The notes beneath the pieces were generated by a model. It did no database searches and was not told where the DNA came from. It saw nothing but the letters and a program-made list of their open reading frames with translations. A program made the translations under genes and the position numbers. Below are positions 50,544 to 58,772 of a stretch of 64,000 nt of DNA, piece by piece. This DNA is from a virus, in the IMG/VR virus record IMGVR_UViG_3300017971_000042, positions 2,375-66,374 of that record; one strand, given 5' to 3'. Each line of letters opens with the position of its first letter. Within the stretch, counting starts at the first letter, position 1.

Positions 50544-52264
50544 AACTCTTTTTCAACTCCAATCGAGAACGCGCTGGAATCAGTAACCATCCCCCCGTTC
50601 CAACAATATGCTCTGAATCGATAACTGTCCCCGGGATTTGCGTCTATAGACCGCCAGTGTCGACTGGTTCCTTCTGTCTCAGGGGCCATATCCTTAACCG
50701 TTCTTTTCAGTATAACGAACGAACTATCCGGAGTATCTAAGTAGACAGTCACATCCGCTGTTGTTGTATCGATGTTGAGGTTCTTGATCCAACCATCATA
50801 TAGAATCCCGAGTTGTACAGGCCACATATCTATATCAACATTAAATTGCTGGGGAATTGTACTGTCCGGAACGCATATAACTGTCTCACAGTTTCTGATT
50901 GATGCCGAAGTTACTATATCTCCGAGAGATCCATCATACTGAAGCAATCTGTAATCGCCATTAAGGTCGTATACGATAGCCGACTGATCACCATAGTTAC
51001 TACCGCTGGCCCCTCGATATAAAACAATAGCATTCTGGAAGTCCCGGGCCCTGAGAGTATAATATTGTCCCGCTCCGTCAGTCCCGGATTGTGCCGTATA
51101 CATATCACCGAGAGGTTGACCTATGTCGAATTCAAATGCCTTCAACCATTTATATAAACTGTCTTTAGCCTGATAATCATTGTGTCTCAACCAGACTTCA
51201 TTGCCGGTGACCAAAAAGATATAATTAGCAGTATCGCCCTTCATGTAAAACCAGCCGAGTCTTTCCATCAGACACCTGGGCCAACTGCCCAGGGAGCTGG
51301 AATCAGCTGCCATTACTTCTGTCCAGACAATTGCCTTGCCATCAGAACCTTTAATAAAATCCATCACATCCCAGGCGGCCTGATGGAATTGCTTATAGGT
51401 CGGCCGTAAATGCATACCTTCTCCGAGTGATATGCCAGTACCTGTAAGGACAACATCATCGATGACATCGCTTCCGCAGATCCCATAAGCTGCAGGATTT
51501 GCGAACCGCTGTTTATTATTCGCTCTCATCGAATCCATTAATGAAGGTAGCCATTGATTCTGTTTTAAATGAAGCAGACTATCTCGGATAGCATTATGAG
51601 AATAACCTTCCCAGCCCCTGATATCGCTGGCGGATCCTTGTGTCCATTTATCCGGTTTCATAGGAAAGCACATCATTGGAGAATAATAATCCCATATTGG
51701 ATGATAGTAGAAAGTACACTCATCCTCATAAACACCATCGTATTGACTACCCATTTTAATCTTATATTTATACCAATAGTATTCCCACATTCCCGGATAC
51801 GTGAAGTCCGGCTGGTTTCGATAAGAATTCCATCCACAGACGCTCAGTCGTTCTCCTGAGTCAGTGCAAGTAATTGCACCAGTACATGGAGATCCGGAAG
51901 GCGCTATTGAAGCCAGGCAGACATCATTCTCCGCCCAGAGATACATCAAATCAGAATTATATCCCCTCTCATCACAGAACTGTTGAATCAGATCATGATC
52001 GCCACCCCTCAATGAGGACATGGTTATATACAATAAACATTTTGTTTCCGGATCGGCCGCTTTGACTGCCGTGAAATTCGCACCGGATGGATTGATGGCT
52101 ACATCATAATGACGGCCTACGAAGTCAGCGCCTATCACGTCAGTCAATGAATAGCAAAGCGCTCCCGTCCTGATATGGTTATACTTCCGGGCATACGAAT
52201 TGCCCGCCAGCGCCAATACTATCATAAGCACGGCGATTAAAATAATTAGATGATTTTTCTTCAT
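50540..52264 (-). CDS. Exported putative glycoside hydrolase, paralog of 49020-50543, with extra C-terminal domain
   Basis: Signal peptide, VKAADPETKCLLY, YDGVYEDE, RDSLLHLKQNQWLP shared with the paralog, FDIGQP..RDFQNAIVLY. Confidence 0.6.
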   Translation of the reverse strand: MKKNHLIILIAVLMIVLALAGNSYARKYNHIRTGALCYSLTDVIGADFVGRHYDVAINPSGANFTAVKAADPETKCLLYITMSSLRGGDHDLIQQFCDERGYNSDLMYLWAENDVCLASIAPSGSPCTGAITCTDSGERLSVCGWNSYRNQPDFTYPGMWEYYWYKYKIKMGSQYDGVYEDECTFYYHPIWDYYSPMMCFPMKPDKWTQGSASDIRGWEGYSHNAIRDSLLHLKQNQWLPSLMDSMRANNKQRFANPAAYGICGSDVIDDVVLTGTGISLGEGMHLRPTYKQFHQAAWDVMDFIKGSDGKAIVWTEVMAADSSSLGSWPRCLMERLGWFYMKGDTANYIFLVTGNEVWLRHNDYQAKDSLYKWLKAFEFDIGQPLGDMYTAQSGTDGAGQYYTLRARDFQNAIVLYRGASGSNYGDQSAIVYDLNGDYRLLQYDGSLGDIVTSASIRNCETVICVPDSTIPQQFNVDIDMWPVQLGILYDGWIKNLNIDTTTADVTVYLDTPDSSFVILKRTVKDMAPETEGTSRHWRSIDANPGDSYRFRAYCWNGGMVTDSSAFSIGVEKEF

Positions 52265-52479
52265 TGTCCTAACACCTCAACTGCAAAATTAAAAATTCCC
52301 TTTATTGTTAATATTCCTATCGCTCCGCTTAACGCCCACATCCATTTTTCAATAGCCCTCACTCTTCCATTTTGCCTTTCTACACAATCCTTGATTACTT
52401 TTAGAGTACCAGTCTGGTCTTTAAAAGCTTGGGTCAACTTAGCTCCTATAGGGCAATTATCCGGATCAAATTCTGACAT
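52261..52479 (-). CDS. Holin/XhlA-like protein
   Basis: QNGRVRAIEKW followed by a C-terminal TM. Confidence 0.6.
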   Translation of the reverse strand: MSEFDPDNCPIGAKLTQAFKDQTGTLKVIKDCVERQNGRVRAIEKWMWALSGAIGILTIKGIFNFAVEVLGQ

Positions 52480-52497
52480 TGATTTCCCCTTCTATCA

Positions 52498-52746
52498 TCA
52501 TGATATTTTCCCCGTAGCTTCATTGGTTACCGGACTATGCTGATGTGGTCCAGGCGCCGCCGGAATCGATGTAGTATCTAAAGGCGCTATCGTAGCATGT
52601 TGTTGAACTTCCTTGATAATCTCTGATGCGATCTCTTTCCAGACCTTCAGGCCGATATCATCTGATTCCTTCGTTTCCTGACTTCGCTGAACTCGCTGTA
52701 CAGCCGCATACATATTAGATCCCAGCCTGTCTTTATTCATTGGCAT
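52498..52746 (-). CDS. Small baseplate/spike-associated protein
   Basis: MPMNKDRL...IASEII...ATGKIS; TAATG coupling to the spike gene. Confidence 0.5.
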   Translation of the reverse strand: MPMNKDRLGSNMYAAVQRVQRSQETKESDDIGLKVWKEIASEIIKEVQQHATIAPLDTTSIPAAPGPHQHSPVTNEATGKIS

Positions 52747-53243
52747 TAAAACGCACCCTTCGCATAAACATTTTTGCTCCCCTGCATATGTGGGCTGCCG
52801 GTAAAGGGACATAAGCACTTCGTAGTCACCACCCGCGAGTCCTTTACTTCATTATTCAGTGTTATAAATTTATCAGACTTGACTTTGATTTCCCCATCCG
52901 TTACAACCGAAACATTGTTTTCATTGTTGATAATAATCTCAAGGTTAGCCCTTTTAATAACCGCCCAGTCCCATTTCTGACCCTTGACCACCTGCGGTTG
53001 GTTTTCATTGTCGCCAATGAAGATTATCAGAACCTCGGACTCAACACTCGGAACGAAAGCAACGCCTAATCCATCATCGTCATTGAAAATCCTTAAAGGT
53101 ATATTCTTCCGGACAGTATCCTCTCCCTCAAAGACAGCATTGCAGGTCAATAACTGGCTATCATATGCTTTCACAGTCGCTACGACAGCCTTAGCTCCTT
53201 TTCCGGAAATAACTTCCTTGAGTTTTCTAATTCCCTCTTTCAT
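52746..53243 (-). CDS. Baseplate spike (gpV-like)
   Basis: OB-fold VPSVESEVLI.F...PQV; tip CLCPFTGSPH. Confidence 0.7.
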   Translation of the reverse strand: MKEGIRKLKEVISGKGAKAVVATVKAYDSQLLTCNAVFEGEDTVRKNIPLRIFNDDDGLGVAFVPSVESEVLIIFIGDNENQPQVVKGQKWDWAVIKRANLEIIINNENNVSVVTDGEIKVKSDKFITLNNEVKDSRVVTTKCLCPFTGSPHMQGSKNVYAKGAF

Positions 53244-53246
53244 AGC

Positions 53247-53693
53247 CTACGTCGGTGTCCCGGAAGTCTCCGTTCCCTGAATATAATCAGATGACCGCCA
53301 TCCGATAGCGTCGTAGCACATAACCCTGACCTTGAGTGAATCTCCATTCTCGGCCGGAATTACTATATTTCTGGAACGTCCCTGATAGAAAATATCATCA
53401 ATTGTATCCACGTCCGGGTAATTAACGTTATTAACATTGGCAAACACGATATAACCAAAAGCCCCACTTACCGAGTCCCATGAAACTCGGACTCCCTGGG
53501 CTGCAGCCGCAAGAGTTAAGCTTCCGCTCATTTCTAACTGGCTGCGTCCAGTCATTCCGGCAGTAACCTCTACGGGTTCGCTCCAATCCCCCTTATTGCC
53601 ATTGCCGTCTATAGCCCTCACGTAGACATTCGCCCTTAGGCCCGGAAGCTGACCGTGAATTATTCTCTTATTTTTTACTGCTTCTTCAGCCAT
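53247..53693 (-). CDS. Fn3-domain tail protein
   Basis: VRAIDGNGNKGDWSEPVEVT; VRVSWDSVSGAFGY. Confidence 0.65.
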   Translation of the reverse strand: MAEEAVKNKRIIHGQLPGLRANVYVRAIDGNGNKGDWSEPVEVTAGMTGRSQLEMSGSLTLAAAAQGVRVSWDSVSGAFGYIVFANVNNVNYPDVDTIDDIFYQGRSRNIVIPAENGDSLKVRVMCYDAIGWRSSDYIQGTETSGTPT

Positions 53694-53705
53694 ATCAAAA
53701 CCTCC

Positions 53706-54497
53706 TTAAGCCGCATCCTGATCATAAGTCATCGTAAATACCTCCACCTCATCGATGTTCTCGTCGTCATCATCATCAAGCGGAACTAACGCTATCTCAT
53801 AGCCAAGGATTCCCGAAGGATCCGTTACATCCACCCACTCTACTTTAATCCAGCACCTTAAGGGATCATCTACAAAAGCAAACTCATCCAGGATATCAGA
53901 ATTTATTTTACCGGTTTCAACACCGGTAGTCACCGCAACGCCCGTTACTTTCGATGGTCCCGTTGTATCCGATCCACCGGAATAATCCGGTGTGGTCCTG
54001 TCCTCAGTAGAGATTGTTACTGTAGTGCCGTTTCCTGTTGTTGTAGCCAGGCATACATCACCCGCCAGAATCCCCTGCGCTTCCGTTCGGACTACGACCT
54101 CATAATAATCGCTTATCCGGGTAGGCCAGATTACGCCCGTTTTATATGCTGTCCGGTTGTCGGTTTCCTGGGTAGTATGTCTGACACAAACATAATTTAT
54201 AGCTGCATTGGTAGTGTCTACTTGAATACCGGTAATTGGAGTCAGTGCCTGTATAAGATCGCCATCCTCATCATAGGCAATACCGCCTGAAGTTGGTGTA
54301 TCCGGATCGTTGGCAATCTTGACAGTATTCCCTGAAGGATCGTAGACAACGAAACCTTCGATGATACATGGCGACAGTAGGTGCTTCAGGGTGTTCTTGG
54401 CCTGATCGTTTAGTCCCTCGAGAGCTGCTATAATATCTTCATGATGTATCTGATCATCTACGCAATTAGCATTATTAATATTCCAAAATTCTGGCAT
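53706..54497 (-). CDS. Tail fibre-base/baseplate protein
   Basis: GIAYDEDG, NYVCVRH, VCLA; C-terminal half Fn3 domain. Confidence 0.6.
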   Translation of the reverse strand: MPEFWNINNANCVDDQIHHEDIIAALEGLNDQAKNTLKHLLSPCIIEGFVVYDPSGNTVKIANDPDTPTSGGIAYDEDGDLIQALTPITGIQVDTTNAAINYVCVRHTTQETDNRTAYKTGVIWPTRISDYYEVVVRTEAQGILAGDVCLATTTGNGTTVTISTEDRTTPDYSGGSDTTGPSKVTGVAVTTGVETGKINSDILDEFAFVDDPLRCWIKVEWVDVTDPSGILGYEIALVPLDDDDDENIDEVEVFTMTYDQDAA

Positions 54498-54498
54498 A

Positions 54499-55563
54499 CT
54501 ACAATATCTCCCTTAATAAATCATATCCTTCCGGACGCACCTGAACTATCCTGACCATAATATGCGCCGGCTTAACCTGAATAACATTCGCCTCTATAGT
54601 ATCGAGTCCTGACGAACCCGGATCATAAATCAGAGCCGCTGATAATGTGAATCTGGTCTGTATCGAATTACACCAGTTCTTACCTTCAAAATCAGGATGC
54701 CTCTCTACATAGACAGCAAATATTGACATATCGAAGGCATTATAACCGGCTACCGCACCGAACGGATCAGCAGGAGGTGGTGTATCCGTATTATAGGCGG
54801 CTTGGTTGGCGCTGCCGGTATCGTAATAGATATTCCACGATCCGCCGGTTACATTAATTGTCAGCCAGTAATAGTCATCTTCCGTTAGTGCTTCGCTGTC
54901 GAAACTGAACTCATACCATCCGGCATCATTTACGGTTACTGTTGCCTGGGCATCTGCTACTTTATCATTGGGAACTCCGGCATTATCATCGTATATAGCG
55001 CAATGTGCAGTCCGGTCTCCGCCTCCAACCGCCTCAAGATATGCTTTAATAGATCCCAAAGCTCCCGGATCGGTTATCTGAAACCTACAGGCAACTTTGG
55101 TATTTGTACCGATAGTAGTCGAGCTGGCTCCGACAGAGTTATTCCCGAAGTATAACAACTCTGGTTCTTCATATGAATCCGGCCACTCCCATCTATATTG
55201 ATACCATTGATATATCACCGGAACATCCGGATCCGTCACTGCGAATATAGCATCATATATCGATTGAACATTTATCCCTTCAGGAACATTCCTGAAATCA
55301 AGTAGTAGTCTATCCCGATAATCCTCGTCGGTTTCCCCGCCGTTGCCGGGTAATCCCTGCCTGACACCGAATTTTGGAAGGAACTCTACATCGCAAGTAG
55401 TTAGTCGTTTGGCGTTATAAACGATATTCATTGCTGCGATTAAATCATCCAACTCGGTTTTAACTACACCAGCCAATTCCCGGAATTTACTCCCGCTTGG
55501 AGATCTCTTTACCGGCTGTCTCCCGGTCAGAACATTAAAATTAGGTGAAAACCTGTCCGCCAT
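54499..55563 (-). CDS. Baseplate wedge (gpI-like) with inserted jelly-roll domain
   Basis: ETDEDYRDRL, VKPAHI; insert AIYDDNAGVP..YWL. Confidence 0.65.
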   Translation of the reverse strand: MADRFSPNFNVLTGRQPVKRSPSGSKFRELAGVVKTELDDLIAAMNIVYNAKRLTTCDVEFLPKFGVRQGLPGNGGETDEDYRDRLLLDFRNVPEGINVQSIYDAIFAVTDPDVPVIYQWYQYRWEWPDSYEEPELLYFGNNSVGASSTTIGTNTKVACRFQITDPGALGSIKAYLEAVGGGDRTAHCAIYDDNAGVPNDKVADAQATVTVNDAGWYEFSFDSEALTEDDYYWLTINVTGGSWNIYYDTGSANQAAYNTDTPPPADPFGAVAGYNAFDMSIFAVYVERHPDFEGKNWCNSIQTRFTLSAALIYDPGSSGLDTIEANVIQVKPAHIMVRIVQVRPEGYDLLREIL

Positions 55564-56108
55564 TACACCGCCTCTAACTCCGCTGTATAAACTAAGATAT
55601 CCGCACCTGTCGGCTGGTTGTCCGGATCATCAAAATAATCCTGAATCTCCTGAACCTCGGATTCCAGCAACGGGCTATTTCTGTAAGTCACATATAAGTT
55701 AACAGTGCCCGGGCCCCGGGCATTAGGATAACATGTCGCCTCCGATACCGTATTGAAACTGTTCAGGATAATATTCTCATACCAGTCCTTAGTACCCAGC
55801 ACATTGCTCCCCTGGTATTTATTTAGGACTATTTTCCTGGCTACTTCAGTATCCGGATCATCCCATGTCAAGCCCCACTCTTCATATTCGCGCTTGAGTC
55901 CCTCTCTGTCTGCATCCTGGGGGAAGAGATTGAAATAAATTATTTCTACTACAACATAGCATAACCTTATCCCCGCTGCTGTCACCTGTAGGATAGCACG
56001 TATTACACTGCCTTTACCCCAGTTGGTCAATGTTGGGACTGCAGTCTGCATATTAGACTTCATGTTATCGTAGATATCTTCAAGGCTTTTTATTGTCGGT
56101 AGGGCCAT
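55563..56108 (-). CDS. Baseplate J-like protein (short)
   Basis: GSVIRAIL, FPQDAD, GTKDWYE, ARGPGTVNLY. Confidence 0.75.
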   Translation of the reverse strand: MALPTIKSLEDIYDNMKSNMQTAVPTLTNWGKGSVIRAILQVTAAGIRLCYVVVEIIYFNLFPQDADREGLKREYEEWGLTWDDPDTEVARKIVLNKYQGSNVLGTKDWYENIILNSFNTVSEATCYPNARGPGTVNLYVTYRNSPLLESEVQEIQDYFDDPDNQPTGADILVYTAELEAV

Positions 56109-56111
56109 AAT

Positions 56112-56492
56112 TTATCCTAATTTGAATTTTATAACTTCCGGAGTGTTTCTCCCGATGGGGAGATACGATGCTGTTATCTCGATAGTATCTGATGATTTTT
56201 CAAACTGAATATTCCACGAGTCTTTTTTAATACGGGCATCTACTTTAAGGACCTCAATAACCGCCTTTTTTAAATCTGTTTCGTAGAAATCATCGTTTCC
56301 TCCCTCAACAAATTCCTGTAACCTCGATCCGTGTTGATGAGTCAATCCCCAGAAATAATATGGCGTCAAGAAGGCGTTCAATAGATCTTGATTCAAACAA
56401 TCGATGTCTGTAACTAATTCCAGATCACCACCATTGCTGACAACAAGATCACTTTCTTCCATCAATAAATCTGTGCCGTAGATATCTTCCAT
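56112..56492 (-). CDS. Baseplate gp25/gp46-like protein
   Basis: GDLELV..L.Q.L..TP..H..GS..DARI. Confidence 0.7.
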   Translation of the reverse strand: MEDIYGTDLLMEESDLVVSNGGDLELVTDIDCLNQDLLNAFLTPYYFWGLTHQHGSRLQEFVEGGNDDFYETDLKKAVIEVLKVDARIKKDSWNIQFEKSSDTIEITASYLPIGRNTPEVIKFKLG

Positions 56493-56662
56493 TAAACTTG
56501 TTCCATCCACTCCCTGATTTCATCAGTCGTGAAATTGTCATGGTTGTATTGACAATACCTGGGGGGCATGTTGGCAATATTCTTTCTATCCTGAGCTTCT
56601 AATATGACCATTATAGGTTGCTTAAGGCTATCATATACCTTGTCTCCAACTTTTACTTTCAT
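56492..56662 (-). CDS. 56-aa hypothetical protein (absent from ORF track)
   Basis: MKVKVGDKVYDSLKQPIMVIL...IREWMEQV; GAGG RBS; TAATG coupling. Confidence 0.6.
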   Translation of the reverse strand: MKVKVGDKVYDSLKQPIMVILEAQDRKNIANMPPRYCQYNHDNFTTDEIREWMEQV

Positions 56663-56674
56663 AGAATTACCTCT

Positions 56675-57757
56675 TTAATTTATACCGACCGATAATACCG
56701 GGTCTACACTCACGCTCATCTTAAAACCGATATCCGGACCAAACTCATATACAATTTTTTCGATAAAACAATGTTCAGATGCATGGCGATGATCTACTTC
56801 ATCAATGCGACATTTCATCGAATGCATTAATCTTGATTGACCAAATGTCATAAGGCTTCCTTCGAAACCTGATGCATTCAGTTTGTCGAACTCTTCCTTT
56901 GCCCGCTCATCGCCCTTTTGCCTGGCAGATTTTTTATTCTTCTTTTTCTTATCAGTCTGGATTCCAGCAATAAAAATATCTTTTACAACGGTAGGATCGG
57001 ATACCCCCGGCTTACTATATTCTCCAACAGGATCTTTAGACCTTTTCTTGAAGTCCGGATCTGATGTAAATATCCGAACCTTCTCAACATCGCCACCTTC
57101 TCGCCACTTCAAATTGCTCCGGATAATATTTAACCCCCTCCTGAATACCGGAGTTTCGGTTTGCACTTGATGATTATATTTATACAGTCCCGGTCCAAAA
57201 TAAAAAGTCCTGGTCCCGGGGATCACATAAAAATCCCATCCAGAGTGTTTTACAAGCCAATCAAATACTTGCTGGTAGCTCTGTTTATCTACATGGAAAT
57301 TTTCAGTTAACTCCCTATCAGTATCCGGAGCTATTGTATTGATATCAGTTATTTCCGTTATGTCCCCTATTAGGTTCTTGGCTATTTCCGAATACAAAAC
57401 CGAGCTAAAATTGTAATACTGAGACTTTTTCCTCTCCCTTACTTGTGACCAGACATCCTCACATTCAATTTTAACTGGCAGGTTCGCCCCCACCTTAGTG
57501 ATATATCCCAGAAATACAGTTTTCATTGATGAGTTCTCTTTATGTCCTAATTGAATGGTAACTTCATCACCTTTTTTGAAAGTATTGAGATCCAAACCCT
57601 TCATCATGGGCAATGATACTAAGGCTTTATCAGGGGCTATGTCCCTTGAAGAGGTTATCTTAATCCGCTTTATAGTTGGAATTCGATATTCAGCATCACT
57701 ACTCTTTATCCTGATATCAAATAATGGTGTTATCACCGGCATACTATTGTTCTCCAA
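56675..57757 (-). CDS. Baseplate hub (gpD/gp44-like)
   Basis: GDEVTIQLG, VFLGYI, IECED, GFEGSLMTFG. Confidence 0.75.
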   Translation of the reverse strand: MENNSMPVITPLFDIRIKSSDAEYRIPTIKRIKITSSRDIAPDKALVSLPMMKGLDLNTFKKGDEVTIQLGHKENSSMKTVFLGYITKVGANLPVKIECEDVWSQVRERKKSQYYNFSSVLYSEIAKNLIGDITEITDINTIAPDTDRELTENFHVDKQSYQQVFDWLVKHSGWDFYVIPGTRTFYFGPGLYKYNHQVQTETPVFRRGLNIIRSNLKWREGGDVEKVRIFTSDPDFKKRSKDPVGEYSKPGVSDPTVVKDIFIAGIQTDKKKKNKKSARQKGDERAKEEFDKLNASGFEGSLMTFGQSRLMHSMKCRIDEVDHRHASEHCFIEKIVYEFGPDIGFKMSVSVDPVLSVGIN

Positions 57758-57959
57758 GTGGATTATATGTCATTGTCTTGCGGCGACGTTCGGCATCCGC
57801 CAAGGTTCTTCTGTTTCCTCGGGGCGGTAACTTAATCAAATCGCCATATTCCCACTCTACCGGTAACGTAAATCCATTAAAGGCGACAACCCGGAAGAGA
57901 AAGTATTTACTTCCGTAATACTCGAGTACCTTTTCTTTTAAACTGAAATTAACCATCAT
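57744..57959 (-). CDS. Tail X/LysM-like small protein
   Basis: EYYGS..V.AFN..GDLIKLP. Confidence 0.5.
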   Translation of the reverse strand: MMVNFSLKEKVLEYYGSKYFLFRVVAFNGFTLPVEWEYGDLIKLPPRGNRRTLADAERRRKTMTYNPLGEQ

Positions 57960-58165
57960 GCCACCGCTGGAGTCGGTATCCTGTACTCATCTTCATTTAT
58001 TTCGATTTCCGGGATAATAAGCTCCATTCCCGCCGATATATTCTCCGGATCATCACCAATAATATCCTGATTAGCATAATAGATGATATCAAAGAGACCG
58101 GCATCACCGTAAAACCATTGTGTAATCAGGAATATATCAACATCACCTATGACCTTATATTTCAC
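57956..58165 (-). CDS. LysM/tail X protein
   Basis: FYGD..IYYAN..I..DP..I.AGMELIIP. Confidence 0.75.
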   Translation of the reverse strand: MKYKVIGDVDIFLITQWFYGDAGLFDIIYYANQDIIGDDPENISAGMELIIPEIEINEDEYRIPTPAVA

Positions 58166-58168
58166 GGA

Positions 58169-58771
58169 TTAGGTCTCCTCGATCTGTAAGAATCTTTCCA
58201 TTTCCAGATCTCTATCCTGTAGTAAATCCAATCGATATATTTTACGTTCAGCCCCCATTACATCGTTTACTCGAATACCTCTCAATACAACCTTATCAAT
58301 ACCCAGTGATAAGAACCTGTCGTTTTTATCTGTAATAGGTAGAGAACCTTCTTCTTCAAATAATAGTCTCAATTCAGTTAATTGCTTGACCCATGTCTTT
58401 TCAAATTCAAGCCCGGCAACATTCGATTGTCCGACCAATTCAGAGAGGCGTTGCATCGGAGTGGGATCGAAAGACATCAGTAGTCCTTCTATGACTATAT
58501 ATGCCTCCCCTAATCCCATATCTTCTTTAACAGTTGCTCCACTTAAATCATAGTCCTGGGCAGAGCCGGCAATTTGAGTGATAACCATATTTTTTCGTTG
58601 GCGATAGGATACCAGTGGTTGAAAAGGAAGAACCTGCTCTCCAATTTGAATCTTCTCGTACCTGTGAGGATCGAGAATGATATCCTTGTCTGTAAAGGCG
58701 CCTAATAATGATGCTACCGCTCCCCCGCCGGCAGCTATTAAATCCTTTTGACTTGGTACTACTAAAGGCAT
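58169..58771 (-). CDS. Tail tube initiator-like protein (DUF6046-like)
   Basis: LPFQPLVS..KN.V.T.IAG..TVKE; follows the tape measure gene. Confidence 0.6.
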   Translation of the reverse strand: MPLVVPSQKDLIAAGGGAVASLLGAFTDKDIILDPHRYEKIQIGEQVLPFQPLVSYRQRKNMVITQIAGSAQDYDLSGATVKEDMGLGEAYIVIEGLLMSFDPTPMQRLSELVGQSNVAGLEFEKTWVKQLTELRLLFEEEGSLPITDKNDRFLSLGIDKVVLRGIRVNDVMGAERKIYRLDLLQDRDLEMERFLQIEET

Positions 58772-58772
58772 A

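Noticed and set aside
47755-50560. Shared C-terminal IG(V/S) motif on exported proteins as a sorting signal
   Set aside because: It coincides with the GGA(G) ribosome-binding sequence for the overlapping downstream gene.
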